This document shows positions 13,193 through 25,963 of a DNA stretch of 64,000 nt, one piece after another. The translations under genes were made by a program, and so were the position numbers. Under the pieces are notes generated by a model that was not told where the DNA came from, made no database searches, and worked only from the letters and a program-made list of their open reading frames with translations. Source of the DNA: Mobula hypostoma (taxonomy: Eukaryota). Every line of letters begins with the position of its first letter. The first letter of the stretch is position 1. The stretch is from positions 164,116,001 to 164,180,000 of the forward strand of contig NC_086097.1 in the NCBI RefSeq assembly GCF_963921235.1, written 5' to 3'.

Positions 13193-14353
13193 ACAGGACT
13201 GGGTAGCTTTGAGATTTACAATGTGCACACTAACAATAGACAAGCAATATGGCTTCCATCAGAAGTGAATGCCAAATTAATTAAAATGGAATTGGACACT
13301 GGCTGTGCTTTTTCAGTCATTCCACTAAGTGAGTTTGAATGGCATTTCAAAGATACTGAACTGAAGTTGCTGATATCCAACTAAGATCTTATACTGGAGA
13401 AAAGATAATTCATGTGGGTATGACATTCATAACAGTGAAATACAATGACCAACAAGCCACGTTGGGCTTGTATATGATAAAAACAGGAGGGCCTGCACTG
13501 TGTGGCTATAATTGGTTGAGACAACTACAACTTGACTGGAGATCTATTCACCTATTTGCATGCTACGTCCCCTGCAAAAGAGATAACTGAAAATGAATTA
13601 AGAAAGATATGGATGGTGCACAGCAACGTACAAGAATGACAATGGAAAACTAAAACATATCAAGGGTAAAATAGAGGTAAATGAAAATGCCACACCCAAG
13701 TTTTACAAAGCCCGTCTGGTTCTTTATAACCATCTATGATGAAGCAGCCTTGGGTAAACTGGGCAAGCAGCTGAGGCAAATTGAGGGCTCCTCAAAAAAG
13801 GAGGTTTGTTGTTTCACTCTGTGGACAAGCAGTCCTGGTGAGAGACTACAGTGGTGATCAAGAGTGGGTACTTGGGAAGATTAAGGACAAAACAGGACCA
13901 TTCTCCTGCACAGTGGAGAGTGTATCTGATGTTATCTGGAGATGACACATCAATCATTTGAGGTAAACAGAGTCAATTGTTGGTGAAAAAAGGCACCCAA
14001 AGCTGTCAGAACCTGCACCTGCAGTCCCAGAGTCATCTCCTACAGCCATCACACAGGAGGCCTCAGAATGTGAGACTGTGTCATGGCTACATATCTCTCC
14101 TGCCAAGCAGAGTGATTCTCCCTTGTCAGGAAAGATGTTATCCCACAAGAATAAGAAATCCCCCACAGCAATTCAATCCCTAGTCCTGAATATGACAAAT
14201 TAAAATTTACTGTGCTGTGGATGTCCATATAGTACTTCTTGTATTATATGGTATACTGTGTGTATATAAATATATAGATGACCAGGGAGCAATATGTAAC
14301 ATATTTGATTTGAGATACATTCTATGTTGAGTTTATAGTTATGGAGGGAGGAG

Positions 14354-14602
14354 TGTTGTGTATTTAATATTTCAGTAATATTTGAGTAATATTATAAATA
14401 TATAGTTTGATAAAGCATTGTTTGTTCTTTACATAATTCATTATGGGTTATATGCAGAAGTATGTGAATGGCGTACGTCATTATGCCACCATGTCATAGG
14501 TACGTGCCTCACTAAAAGTAAAACAAAACCAAACATATCCATCCTGAATTCCTGTACTTTTCTTTTTGATTTGTTTAGGTTTTAGAGTTACTAAACATAA
14601 CA
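14354..14602 (+). repeat. 3' LTR of the Gypsy element (249 bp, TG…CA)
   Basis: Directly after the polypurine tract. First ~85 bp align to 7735-7817. Followed by the TSD. Confidence 0.85.
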
Positions 14603-15330
14603 TTAATTCTTTCGAACAGAATTCTATTGAGACTGGATTGTTATTAAAAGCAGTGATGCCAAAAAGTTTGTCTTTTTTTGTCTGCAGGCTTCCACTTACA
14701 TTTTCATCCACAATGCCAGCATTGGATAGAGGAGTACTTGTTTATAAAGCCTTGAGATTTCAGCCTGGACTATTGTCTGGTTTTCAATACCAACTGCATA
14801 AATCCCTTTGGAATACCTTGACGCTTATTCTCAAATCTAGCCTGCTGTAAAAAATAAAATGATGAGCTGTGGGTGTCCAGGTGACAAATCATTCCTCCAC
14901 CTGTCTCTGTTATCTGTATGATCCAAGACAGGCTGGCTAAGTAATTTATGATGCTGTGAAAGACCGATTATAATTGGATTGAGTTTTTTAGTTTTCAGAA
15001 TGTCTCATGCTGTTTTGAAGTGTTGCCTTTAGTCTTTTGAAGTAAAGACAATCAGAAAGGATTGAAATATTTTCTTCTTGTAAGCACCTGCAGCCCATTA
15101 ATATTCCCTCTGGGCATCTCAGACAGGGAGAGCATATATCTGGATGAATGGCTGGTTAGATTTAGAAGCAATTTTCCCCTTATGTTAGCCTGCATGGGAA
15201 GAAATTTAATGAGCATTCAATCCTGAATGGTTTTGACCTTCATTCACTCGCTGAGTTCTCTGGCCCCTTTTTGAACTGTACTAAATGAGGAATACAGTGT
15301 TTGAATACTTGAGACTGAAAGCATTTGGCA

Positions 15331-15378
15331 CTCCCTCTCTCTCTCTCTCTCTCTCCCTCTCTCTCTTTGTCTCTCTCC
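15331..15378. repeat. (CT)n microsatellite, imperfect
   Basis: Direct reading. Confidence 0.9.
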
Positions 15379-15871
15379 ATTCAACATGGTGGTCAGTATT
15401 CCCATTGATAGTAATCCTTGTATTTTGCTGCCCACCATCCACTCCCCTATTTCCCATTTGGTCTTCTTATTGCGAGTTCTGGTGCTACTTCAAAATCTTA
15501 GCAGTGATGACTGAAGACTTTATATAGCTAATTTTTCAGATTAGGCAGGGTTTGTTAAGGAATGGGAGTCAGAGAAAATCCAAGTGTAAAGCTTTTGGCA
15601 GATACACCCAGTCTGTGCAAAAACATTAATGAATGTAGGGCATAGAAGGAAAGCGATTTCAGATGAAGCGTGATCACAAATATATTGTAATCAAGAATTT
15701 CAATAAGACGAAAGATATTTGTTGCATTTAAAGCCGAATAAATCTGATTTAGCATTTTAACTGTTCATTACTGTGCAGAAGTTTAAGCACTGAATTATGT
15801 ACTTAAATTAAGATATCGTATATGTAACATATGCACAGTATGCCAACTATGTCGACTTTCCATATTCCTGT

Positions 15872-16115
15872 GGGCAACAGTGGCACAATTTGTATAGTTG
15901 CTGCTTCACAGCTCCAGCAGCTGGGTTCATTCCAGATTTGCAGTGCTGTCTACATGGAGTCTGCATAAACCCTTTGTGATCATGTTTGTTTCCTTGGAGG
16001 CAGCAAAGCTACATGTCTCAGGTATCTTGGGGAGTGATAGATTCTGTTGGGAGATGATGGGAATATGGGGAGGATGTATTGTGGGAAATGGAATTACTCT
16101 GTGAGCCAGCTGACC
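15872..16115 (+). mobile_element. Degenerate V-SINE (HE1-like)
   Basis: ggcaacagtggcaca…gctgcttcacagctccag…ctgggttcattcc…atggagtctgcata, matching the HE1-type head and V domain. Confidence 0.6.
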
Positions 16116-16198
16116 TAAGGTGGAAGGGGAATTTGTAAATCAAGTAATTGGTTACCTTTTATTGACCTTAAAATGTACAAGCAGTTTAGATTATGAGA

Positions 16199-16871
16199 AC
16201 ACTCAGTCCTCTTTTATTGTCATATAGAAATGCATACATGCATTAAGAAATGATATAATGTCTCTCCAGAGTGAGATCACAGAAAACAGGACAAACCAAA
16301 GACTAACACTGACAGAACCACAAAATTATAACATATAGTTACAGCAGTGCAAAGCAATACCATAATTTGATGAAGAACAAACCATGGGCACGGTAAATAA
16401 AGTCTCAAAAGTCCCCGAGTCGATCGACTCCCGAGTCCCCGATAGCGGCAGCAAAAGGGAGAAACTCCCTGCCATAAACCTCCAGGCACTGTCAACTTGC
16501 TGATGCCTTGGAAGCAGCCGACCACAGCCGACACTAAGTCCATCCATACGAAAACTTCAAGCTTCTGACTCGCCTCTCCATCCGATACAGCCTCCCGAGC
16601 GCCATCCTCTGCCAAGCGCCTTCAACCTCGCCCCGGCCACTGAAACATGAAAAGCCGAGGATTTTGGGGCCTTCTGCTCCGGAGATTCTGGTTACCACAC
16701 AGTAGCAGTGGCAGCGAAGAGGGCATTTCAGAAGTTTTCCAGATGTTCCTCTGTACTCTCACATCTGTCTCCATCAAATCAGGATTGTGTACGGTCCCCT
16801 ACTTGACAGATAACAGACATCACCACCGAAGTGGCCACACGCTGCCGTCACGCCGCCATCTTCTCCTCCTT
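16199..16871 (-). mobile_element. ~670-bp non-coding retroposon (LINE-derived non-autonomous element)
   Basis: Minus strand starts ggagaaagatggcggcg (YY1-like motif), is CpG-rich, and ends tgacaataaaagagg… like LINE 3' ends. Possible TSD TGAGA (16194-16198, 16872-16876). Confidence 0.6.
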
Positions 16872-17530
16872 TGAGACCATGGAGAATTTTTATTTTATCT
16901 GAAGAAACAGTTCTTATACCACTGTTACACAACTCTATGAAACACATTATTCCCCAAAGGTCTTTATGCTACCCATCTGATTTCATGCATGTGGAGCAGA
17001 CATGATGGACCAAATGGCCCAATGTTGTTTCTGTTTTATGGTCCTAATGGTTTCACCACTGACAGTTGCCCATTCAGTTTCTTCAGTTCAGGGCTCTGGA
17101 ATTCTCTCCTTAAACCCCTTTTCTCCTCTATTCCTTTATCTGCATATGTTGAGGGATGGTGCTAGTGGGACCTTTTATTTGTTGAAGTTACTACATAAAT
17201 ATATCTTATGTACGTATATTTATTTACTCATAAGTATTTACTTACTCATAAGCTCATCATGCAACTGAATATACTTTTCTAGTGCCACAAAAATCAGGGA
17301 ACTTTATTAGTACAAGCAGGTGTGTGCAAGTAGCAATCAGGGACTGAGAATTTCAGATTTTCCTTCACTAGACAAAAACAGAAAGTGATTTTCCTTCTTA
17401 AGTTGTTTCCGTAAAAGTTATCCAAACATTTTTTATTATATTCCAGATAATTTAATTCATACTTTTCCTATTCTCCCTTCATAATAAAACTAAGCAAGGA
17501 TTTAGCAATAAACAACTCGGTCAAATCAGA

Positions 17531-17704
17531 CAACACACATGAAATGCTGGTGGAACGCAGCAGGCCAGACAGCATCCATAGGAAGAAGCACAGTCGACGT
17601 TTTGGGCTGAGACCCTTCGTCAGTCTGGACTGCTGCGTTCCACCAGCATTTTGTGTGTGTTGCTTGAATTTCCAGCATCTGCAGATTTCCTCGTGTTTGC
17701 ATTT
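17531..17704. mobile_element. Short fold-back PLE-derived insertion with hammerhead motif
   Basis: Arms 17531-17570 and 17623-17662 are inverted. Minus-strand ctgacgaagggtctcagcccaaaacgtcgactg at 17591-17623. Perfect 12-bp TSD GGTCAAATCAGA (17519-17530, 17705-17716). Confidence 0.9.
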
Positions 17705-19565
17705 GGTCAAATCAGAGTTTATTTCTGGAACAGGATGATAATTTACAACTTACAATTCAACAGGTTTCCAATTTACTGAAGAATAGTGAACAAAAGAGCA
17801 GTGATGATGACCTCGCCGGGATCTATTTGTAAATGAATTATTTACTTGAATAGGTGTGTACACAAATTAGTTAGAAAAATAACAATTTTTACTTGATTAA
17901 TGTAATAATTATGTTGAGGGAAAAAGTCTTGTCTAAGAAAGAGATTGTGATATTAACAATGGCTCCACCTATTCACAAACTGACCAACACAAATCACTTT
18001 CAGTTCTTTTCTCTCTGAAATCTATTGCCTTGTTTTAACTTGTGATTAAGGGTAAACTTGATTCCACTGCAGTTAGAACATAAGAACATAAGGAATAGGA
18101 GCAAGAGTAGGCCATCTGGTCTGTCTATCCTGCTCCACCATTCAATAAAATCATGGCTGTTCTGGCCAGGGACTCATCTCCACCTATCTGCCTTTTCCCC
18201 ATAACCCTTAATTAACCTACTATGAAAAATCTATCCAACCTTGTCTTAAATATATTTCCTGAGGTAGCCTCCACTCCTTCATTGGCCAGAGAATTCCACA
18301 GATTCAGAACCCTCTGGGAAAAGCAGTTCCTCCTCATCCCTGTCCTAAGTTTACTCCACCAACTCTTGAGGCTATGTCCCATAGTTCTAGTCTCACCTAT
18401 CAGTGGAAACAACTTTCATGCCTCTATCTTATCTATCCCTTTCATAATTTTATATGTTTTTATAAGATCTTCTTTCATTCTTCTGAATTCCAGCAAGTAC
18501 AGTCCCAGGCAACTCGATCTCTCCTCATACTATTTAAATAATAATCTGCTCTTCCATTTTTCCTTCCAAAGTGAATGACCTTGCATTTACCAACATTGTA
18601 TTCCATCTGCCAGACCTTTGCCCACTCACTTAACCTATCTACATCTCTCTGCAGATTCTCTGTATCCTCTGCACAATTTGCTTTTCCATTCAATTTAGTG
18701 TCATCAGCAAACTTAGATACACTACACTCTGTCCCATCTTCCAGATCGTTAACCTATATCGTAAACAGTTGCAGGCCCAGCACCGACCCCTGTGGCACAC
18801 TGCTCAGCACTGATTGCCAACCAGAGAAATACCCATGTATCCCAACTCTCTGCTTTCTAGTAGTTAACCAATCCTCTATCCATGCTAATACATCACCCCC
18901 AGCTCCATGTATCCTTATCTTATGGATAAGTCTTTTATTTTTCTTTAAAGAACTCCAGGAAGTTTGTCAAACGGGACCTGCCTTTGCTGAATCCATGCTG
19001 CGTTTGCCAGATGGATACACTCCATTCCTGATGCTTTGCTATTTCTTCTTTAATGATAGCTTCAAGCATTTTCCTGACTATAGATGTTAAGTTAACTGGC
19101 CTAAAGTTACTTGCCTTCTGCCTACATCCTTTTTTGAACAGTGGAGTGACATTTGCCGTCTTCCAATCCGCCGGGACCTGCCCAGAGTCCAGAGAATTTT
19201 GGTAAATCATCACCAAAGCCTCTTCTATAACTTCTGCTGTTTCTTTCAGTAACCTGGGATGCATTGCATCAGGACCAGGGGACTTGTCTATCTTCAGGCC
19301 ACAAGTTTGCTCAGCACAATCTCATTAGTGATAGCTATTGTATCGAGGTCCTCACCTCCAATCGCATCCATGACATCTCTCTTTGGCATGTTAGACATGT
19401 TCCCTGCCGTGAAAACCAATGCAAGATCGTCATTCAATACCTCTGCTATTTCTTCATTACCCAATATCAATAACCCCTTCGCGTCCTCCAAGGGACCTAC
19501 GTTCACTTTAGCCACCCTTTTCTGCTTTATATAATTATAAGAACCTTTACTGTCTGTTTTTATAT

Positions 19566-22500
19566 AACTAGATAACGATTACAGCACAGAAACAGGCCAT
19601 CTCGGCCCTTCTAGTCCATGCCGAACGCTTGCTCTCACCTAGTCCCACCGACCTGCACTCAGCCCATAACCCTTCATTCCTTTCCTGTCCATACATCTAT
19701 CCAATTTTACTTTAATGACAATATCGAACCTGCCTCTACCACTTCTGCTGGAAGCTCGTTCCACACGGCTACCACTCTCTGAGTAAAGAAGTTCCCCTTC
19801 ATGTTACCCCTAAACTTTTGCCCTTTAACTCTCAACTCATGTCCTCTTGTTTGAATCTCCCCTACTGCCAACTGAAAAAGCCTATCCATGTCAACTCTAT
19901 CTATCCCCCTCATAATTTTAAATGCCTCTATTAAGTCCCCCTTCAACATTCTACTCTCCAAAGAATAAAGACCCAACTTTTTCAACCTTTCTCTGTAACT
20001 TAGGTGCTGAAACCCAGGTAACATTATAGTAAATCTCTGTACTCTCTCTATTTTGTTGACATCTTTCCTATAATTTGGTGACCAGAACTGTACACAATAC
20101 TCCAAATTTGACCTAAACAATGCCTTGTACAATTTTAACATTGCATCCCAACTCCTATACTCAATGCTCTGATTTATAAAGGCCAGCATACCAAAAGCTT
20201 TCTTCACCACCCTATCCACATGAGATTCCACCTTCAGGGAACTATGCACCGTTATTCCTAGATCTGTCTGTTCTACTGCATTCTTCAATGCCCTACCATT
20301 TACCATATATGTCCTATTTTGATTAGTCCTACCAAAATGTAGCACTTCACATTTATCAGCATTAAACTCCATCTGCCATCTTTCAGCCCACTCTTCTAAC
20401 TGGCCTAAATCTCTCTGCAAGCTTTGAAAACCTACTTCATGATCCACAACGCCACCTATCTTAATATCGTCTGCATACTTACTAATCCAATTTACCACCC
20501 CATCATCCAGATCATTAATGTATATGACAAACAACATTGGACCCAGTACAGATCCCTGAGGCACACCACTAGTCACCGGCCTCCAATTTGACACACAGTT
20601 ATCCACCACTACTCTCTGGACTCTCCCATCCAGCCACTGCTGAATCCATTTTACTACTTCAATATTAATACCTAATGATTGAACCTTCCTAACTAAACTT
20701 CTGTGTGGAACCTTGTCAAAGGCCTTGCTGAAGTCCATATAGGCAACATCCACTGCTTTACCCTCGTCAACTTTCCTAGTAACCTCTTCAAAAAATTCAA
20801 TAATGTTTGTCAAACATGACCTTCCACACAAAAATCCATGTTGACTGTTCCTAATCAGACCCTGTCTATCCAGATAATTATATATACCATCTCTAAGAAT
20901 ACTTTCCATCAATTTACCCACCACTGACGTCAAACTCACAGGCCGATAATTGCTAGGTTTACTCTTAGAACCCTTTTTAAACAATAGAACAACGTAAGCA
21001 ATATGCCAATCCTCCGGCACCATCCCCATTTCTAATGACATTTAAAATATTTCTGTCAGAGCCCCTGCTATTTCTACGCTAACTTCCCTCAATGTCCTAG
21101 GGAATATCCTGTCAGGACCCAGAGACTTATCCACTTTTATATTCCTTAAAAGCACCAGTACTTCCTCTTCTTTAATCATCATAGTTTCCATAACTTCCCT
21201 ACCTATTTCCCTTACCTTACACAAATCAATATCCTTCTCCTTAGTGAATACCGAAGAAAAGAAATTGTTCAAAATCTCCCCCATGTATTTTGGTTCTACA
21301 CATAGCTGTCCATTCTGATTCTCTAAGGGACCAATTTTATCCCTCACTATCCTTTTGCTATTAATATAACTGTAGAAACCCTTTGGATTTATTTTCATCT
21401 TACTTGCCAAAGCAACCTCGTATCTTTTAGCTTTTCTAATTTCTTTCTTAAGATTCTTTTTACATTCTTTATATTCCTCGAGTACCTCATTTATTCCATG
21501 CTGCCTATATTTATTGTAGATATCTCTCTTTTTCCGAACCAAGTTTCCAATATCCCGTGAAAACCATGGCTCTCTCAAACTTTTAACCTTTCCTTTCAAC
21601 CTAACAGGAACATAAAGATTTGGTACCCTCAAAATTTCACCTTTGAATGACCTCCATTTCTCTATTACATCCTTCCCATAAAATAAATTGTCCCAATCTA
21701 CTCCTTCTAAATAGATAGATAGATAGATATACTTTATTGATCCCGAGGGAAATTAGGTTTCGTTATAGCCGCACGAACCGAGAATAGAGCATAAATATAG
21801 CAATACACATCTTTTCACATCTCCTCAAAGTTAGCCTTTCTCCAATCAAAAATCTCAACCCTGGGTCCAGACCTATCCTTCTCCATAGTTATATTGAAAC
21901 TAATGGCATTGTGATCACTGGACCCGAAGTGCTCCCCAACACATACTTCCGTCATCTGTCCTATCTCATTCCCTGACAGGAGATCCAACACTGACCCTTC
22001 TCTAGTTGGTACCTCTATGTATTGCTGCAAAAAGCTATCCTGCACGCACTTTTCAAACTCCAAACCATCCAGCCCTTTTACAGTATGGGCTTCCCAGTCT
22101 ATGTGTGGAAAATTAAAATCTCCCACAATAGCAACCTTGTGCTTGCTACAAATATCTGCTATCTCCTTACAAATTTGTTCCTCCACTTCTCGCTCCCCAT
22201 TAAGTGGTCTATAATACACCCATATAAGTGTTACTACACCTTTCCCATTCCTCAGTTCCACCCAAATAGCCTCCCCAGATGAGCCCTCTAATCTATCCTG
22301 CCAGAGCACCACTGTAATATTGGCTGACAAGCGATGCAACACCTCCCCCTCTTGTCCCTCCAATTCTATCACACCTGAAACTATTAAATCCAGGAATATT
22401 TAGTTGCCAATCACACCCTCCTGTAAGCATGTTTCACTAATAGCTACCACATCATACTCCCAGATATCAATCCATGCTGTAAGCTCATCCACCTTTCTTA

Positions 22501-22672
22501 CAATGCTCCTAGCATTAAAATAAATGCATTTAAGAAATGTTTCACCTCTTACTCTCTGTTGATCACTAACGGTGCAAACAACTTTATTATTTTCCTTTTC
22601 TTCCTTCTCCCCTACATCTGTTCCTATACTCTGGTTCCCCTCCCCCCTTATATCTAGTTTAAATCCACTGGA
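19566..22672 (-). mobile_element. CR1 LINE (inner copy) with near-complete ORF2; 444-aa RT-containing frame still open
   Basis: ORFs 21815-22372 (APE: YYRP, GDFN, SDH), 21042-21632 and 19707-21041 ([16 protein letters not shown]). TSD TTTATAT (19559-19565, 22673-22679). Confidence 0.95.
21713..21808 (-). mobile_element. ~95-bp extreme 3' stub of a Rex-type LINE inside the inner CR1
   Basis: (AGAT)n + actttattgatccc…ggaaatt, the same terminus type as the element ending at 4176. CR1 sequence is colinear on both sides. Confidence 0.75.
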
Positions 22673-22899
22673 TTTATATTTTGTGCTAGTTTATTTTTAT
22701 AATCTAGCTTCCCTTTCTTTATTGCTCGCTTTATTGTTCTTTGTTACTTTTTAAAGTCTTCTCAATCTTCCAGTTTCCCACTACCCTGGGCAACTTTGTA
22801 TGCAGTTCAGTGGTGGCTGATGATGCCAGTGTGGACTCAACAAGGTTTTGCCACTGGTGAAAGTGGTGCATTTCTTGCACCATTTCCACTGGGCTTTAG

Positions 22900-23250
22900 T
22901 CACAGCATGCAAGTTTTAGCTGTGGCACAGCTGGTAGAGTCACTGCCTTACAACTCTAGAGACATGAGTTCAATCCTAACCTCGGGTGTTGTCATTATGG
23001 AGTTTGCACATTCTCCCTATGGGTTTCCTCCCACATCTGCAAGACTTCCAGATTTCATAGGTTAATTTGCTATTGCATATTATCCCTAGTGGTAGAATTT
23101 GTAAGGTGTTTTTGAGAATATGGGGAGAATTTTTAAAAATGTGTTTAATATAGGATTGGTGTAAATGGGAGGGAGGGAGGGATGGGGAATAGATGTTCAC
23201 TGCAATCTTGGTGAGCCAAAGGACCTGTTTCCATAAAGTATCTCTCTGTC
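22900..23250 (+). mobile_element. V-SINE (HE1-like)
   Basis: gtggcacagctggtagag…ctgccttacaactctagagacatgagttcaatcc…atggagtttgcacattctccctatgggtttcctcccaca, with CR1-like tail ggtgagccaaaggacctgtttcc. Confidence 0.8.
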
Positions 23251-23894
23251 ATTCCGACTGAAGATTAGGTGACCTTGGCTTGAAAATCTATTGAATTCAT
23301 ATTTTATGCATTTTACTCGGCTGAAATCAAAGTAAAGTAAGTGAAGAGTTATAAACTCAATTTCAGGAAATAATTTTGTAACTATTTTTTGAAAAACAAG
23401 TATTTTAAAAAATATTTTTCTGAAGGAGTGAGCTGACACAAATGATGTTTGTGCTTTAATGTCAGAGAGGTGGTTAAACAGTAATAGTGATTTAATAAAC
23501 CATTAGAAACTCTATTATGCTCCATTCCACAATGGGTAATGTTGTTGATATTTTCTGCAGTCAGAATAATTTGTGAGTAGCTTACTTTCTCATAATTTCA
23601 ATGGCTTCAATGGATCATGCCAGGGAAGCTCGAAACAGCATGTTCCTGAAGGAATAATGAATCATCATTTGTAATTTCTAGATTTTGTGTTTAATTGCAC
23701 ATGTACTTCAGAAGCTGATGTTCCCCGATATAACAATAAGCACTGATAGCTTCACTGTTATTCTTATCACAAGTTCATGGCCATATTATCAAGGTTATAG
23801 GAAAATCTTAATTAAGAGCAAGCAACTTTGTGAACACTTCATTTAACATGGGTTAATGCAAGGAACAGCCTCAGAAGACAAAGAACTCAAAGAC

Positions 23895-24060
23895 TAAGAC
23901 CACAAGACATAGGAGCAGAGTTAGGCCATTTGGCCCATTGAGTCAGGTCTGCCTTTTCATCATGCTGATCTAATTTCCCTCTCAGCCACAGTCTCCTGCC
24001 TTCTCTCCGTATTCCTTCATGCCTTGACTAATCAAGGATCTATCAACCTCTGCCTTAAAT
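23895..24060 (-). mobile_element. CR1 3' end stub
   Basis: Reverse complement of a CR1 3' UTR, similar to 58140-58308. Confidence 0.8.
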
Positions 24061-25963
24061 AAGAAGGTCATTCAAAAGGAAAAGATGAATTATGAAAGGA
24101 AGCTGGCGACTAATATCAAAGAAGATACTAAAAGCTTTTTTAAGTATATAAAGGGTAAAAGAGAGTCAAGGGTAGATATAGGACCAATACAAAATGATGC
24201 TGGAGATATTGTAATGAGAGATTCAGAGATGGCAGAGGAGCTGAATGCGTATTTTGCATCGGTCTTCACAGTGGAAGACATCTGCAGTACACCGGACATT
24301 CAAGAGTGTCAGGGAAGTGAGGTTTGTGCAGTGAAAATTACGACTGAGAAGGTGCTCGTGAAGCTTAATGGTCTGACGGTGGATAAATCTCATGGACCTG
24401 ATGGAATGTAACCTCGGGTTCTGAAGGATGTAGCTGGAGAGATTGCAGAGGCGTTAACGATGATCTTTCAAGAATCAATAGATTCTGGCATCGTACCGGA
24501 TTACTGGAAAATGACAAATGTTACTCTGCTATTTAAAAAGGGTGGGAGGCAGCAGAAAGGAAACTATAGACCTGTTAGCCTGACATCAGTGGTTGGGAAA
24601 TTGTTGGAATCGATTGTTAGGGATGAGATTATGGCGTACCTGGAGGCACATGACAAGATAGGCAAAAGCCAACATGGTTTCCTGAAAAGAAGATCCTGCC
24701 TGACAATCCTACTGCAATTTTTTGAGGAAATTACAAGCAGGGTAGACAAAGGAAATGCAGTAGACATGGTGTACTTGGATTTTCAGAAGGCCTTTGACAA
24801 GGTGCCGCACATGAGGCTGCTTAGCAAGATAAGAACCCATGAAATTACAGAGAAGTTACTAGCATGGGTGGAACATTGGCTGGTCGGCAGAAAACAGAGA
24901 ATGGGAATAAAGGGATCCTATTCTGGCTGGCTGCTGGTTACCAGTGGAGTTCCACAGGGGTCAGTGTTGGGACCATTACTTTTTACAATGTGTGTCAATG
25001 ATTTGGACTATGGTATTAAGGGATTTGTGACTAAATTTGCTGATGATGCAAAGATAGGTGGAGGAGCAGGTAGTGTTGAGGGAACAGAGAGCCTGCAGGG
25101 AAACTTCGATAGTTTAGGGGAATGGGCAAAGAAGTGTTAAATGAAATACAACGTTGGAAAGTGTATGGTCATGCACTTTGGTGGAAGAAATAAATGAGCA
25201 GACTATTATTTAGATGGGGAGAAATTTCAAAATGCAGAGATGCAAAGAGACTTGGGAGTCCTTGTGTAAGATACCCTAAAGGTTAACTTGCAGGTTGAGT
25301 TGGTTGGGAAGAAGGCGAAAGCAATGTTGGCATTCATTTCTAAAAGTTTAGAATATAAGAGCCGGGATGTGATGTTGAGGCTCTATAAGGCACTCATGAG
25401 ACCACACTAGGAGTATTGTGTGCCATTTTGGGCTACTTATTTTAGAAAGGATGTACTGATATTGGAGATGGTTCAAAGAAGGTTCATGAGAATGATTCCA
25501 GGAATAAAAGGGTTACTGTATGAGGAACATCTGGCAGCCCTTGGGTTGTATTTCCCGGAGTTCAGGAGAATGAGGAGGGATCTCATAGAAACATTCCAAA
25601 TGTTAAAAAGCCTGAACAGATTAGATATGGCAAAGTTATTTCCCACGGTAGGGGATTCTTAGACAAGAGGGTATGACTTCAGGATTGAAGGATGTCAGTT
25701 TAGAACTGAGATGTGGAGAAATTACTTTAGTCAGAGGGTGGTATATCTGTGGAATTTGTTAGCACGAGCGGCTGTGGAGGCCAAGTCATTGGGTGTATTT
25801 AAGACAAAGATAGATAGATTCTTGATTAGCCAGGGCATCAACGGGTATGGGGTGAAAGCAGGGGAGTGGGGATGACTAATGAAGTGGATCAGCCCATAAT
25901 CGAATGGCGGAGCAGACTCAATGGGCCAAATGGCCTACTTCTACTCCTAAATCTTAAGGTCTA
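24061..25963 (+). mobile_element. 5'-truncated CR1 LINE (RT pseudogene)
   Basis: [36 protein letters not shown]. Multiple stops. CR1 3' UTR and tail. Confidence 0.92.

Larger units (their letters stand above)
7735..14602 (+). mobile_element. Gypsy/Ty3 LTR retrotransposon, internally deleted and decayed, with nested insertions
   Basis: Both LTRs start tgttgtgtatttaat(a)tttcagtaatatttgagtaat (7735, 14354). The 3' LTR ends in CA at 14602 and follows a PPT (ggagggaggag). TSD TTAAT at 7730-7734 and 14603-14607. Gag (LLRSLTSATKP|AEMSFADIV…EHLEPK, zinc knuckle CYHCGRGSHTLNQC near 12672), protease (MELDTGCAFSVI near 13290) and integrase C-terminus (near 13865-14183). Confidence 0.9.
18075..22805 (-). 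mobile_element. CR1 LINE (outer copy, internally deleted), interrupted by a second CR1
   Basis: Tail agaacataagaacataag at 18075. RT motifs on the minus strand (HPRLLKE…NFRPVNLTS…QHGF). Sequence resumes at 22680-22805 after the inner CR1. Confidence 0.85.

Noticed and set aside
14670..14850. Splice-acceptor-like ttttttgtctgcag followed by open sequence
   Set aside because: No matching donor or recognisable peptide, so an exon cannot be supported.
16277..16615. 112-aa ORF within the GC-rich element
   Set aside because: No domain similarity apparent. Expected by chance in GC-rich sequence.
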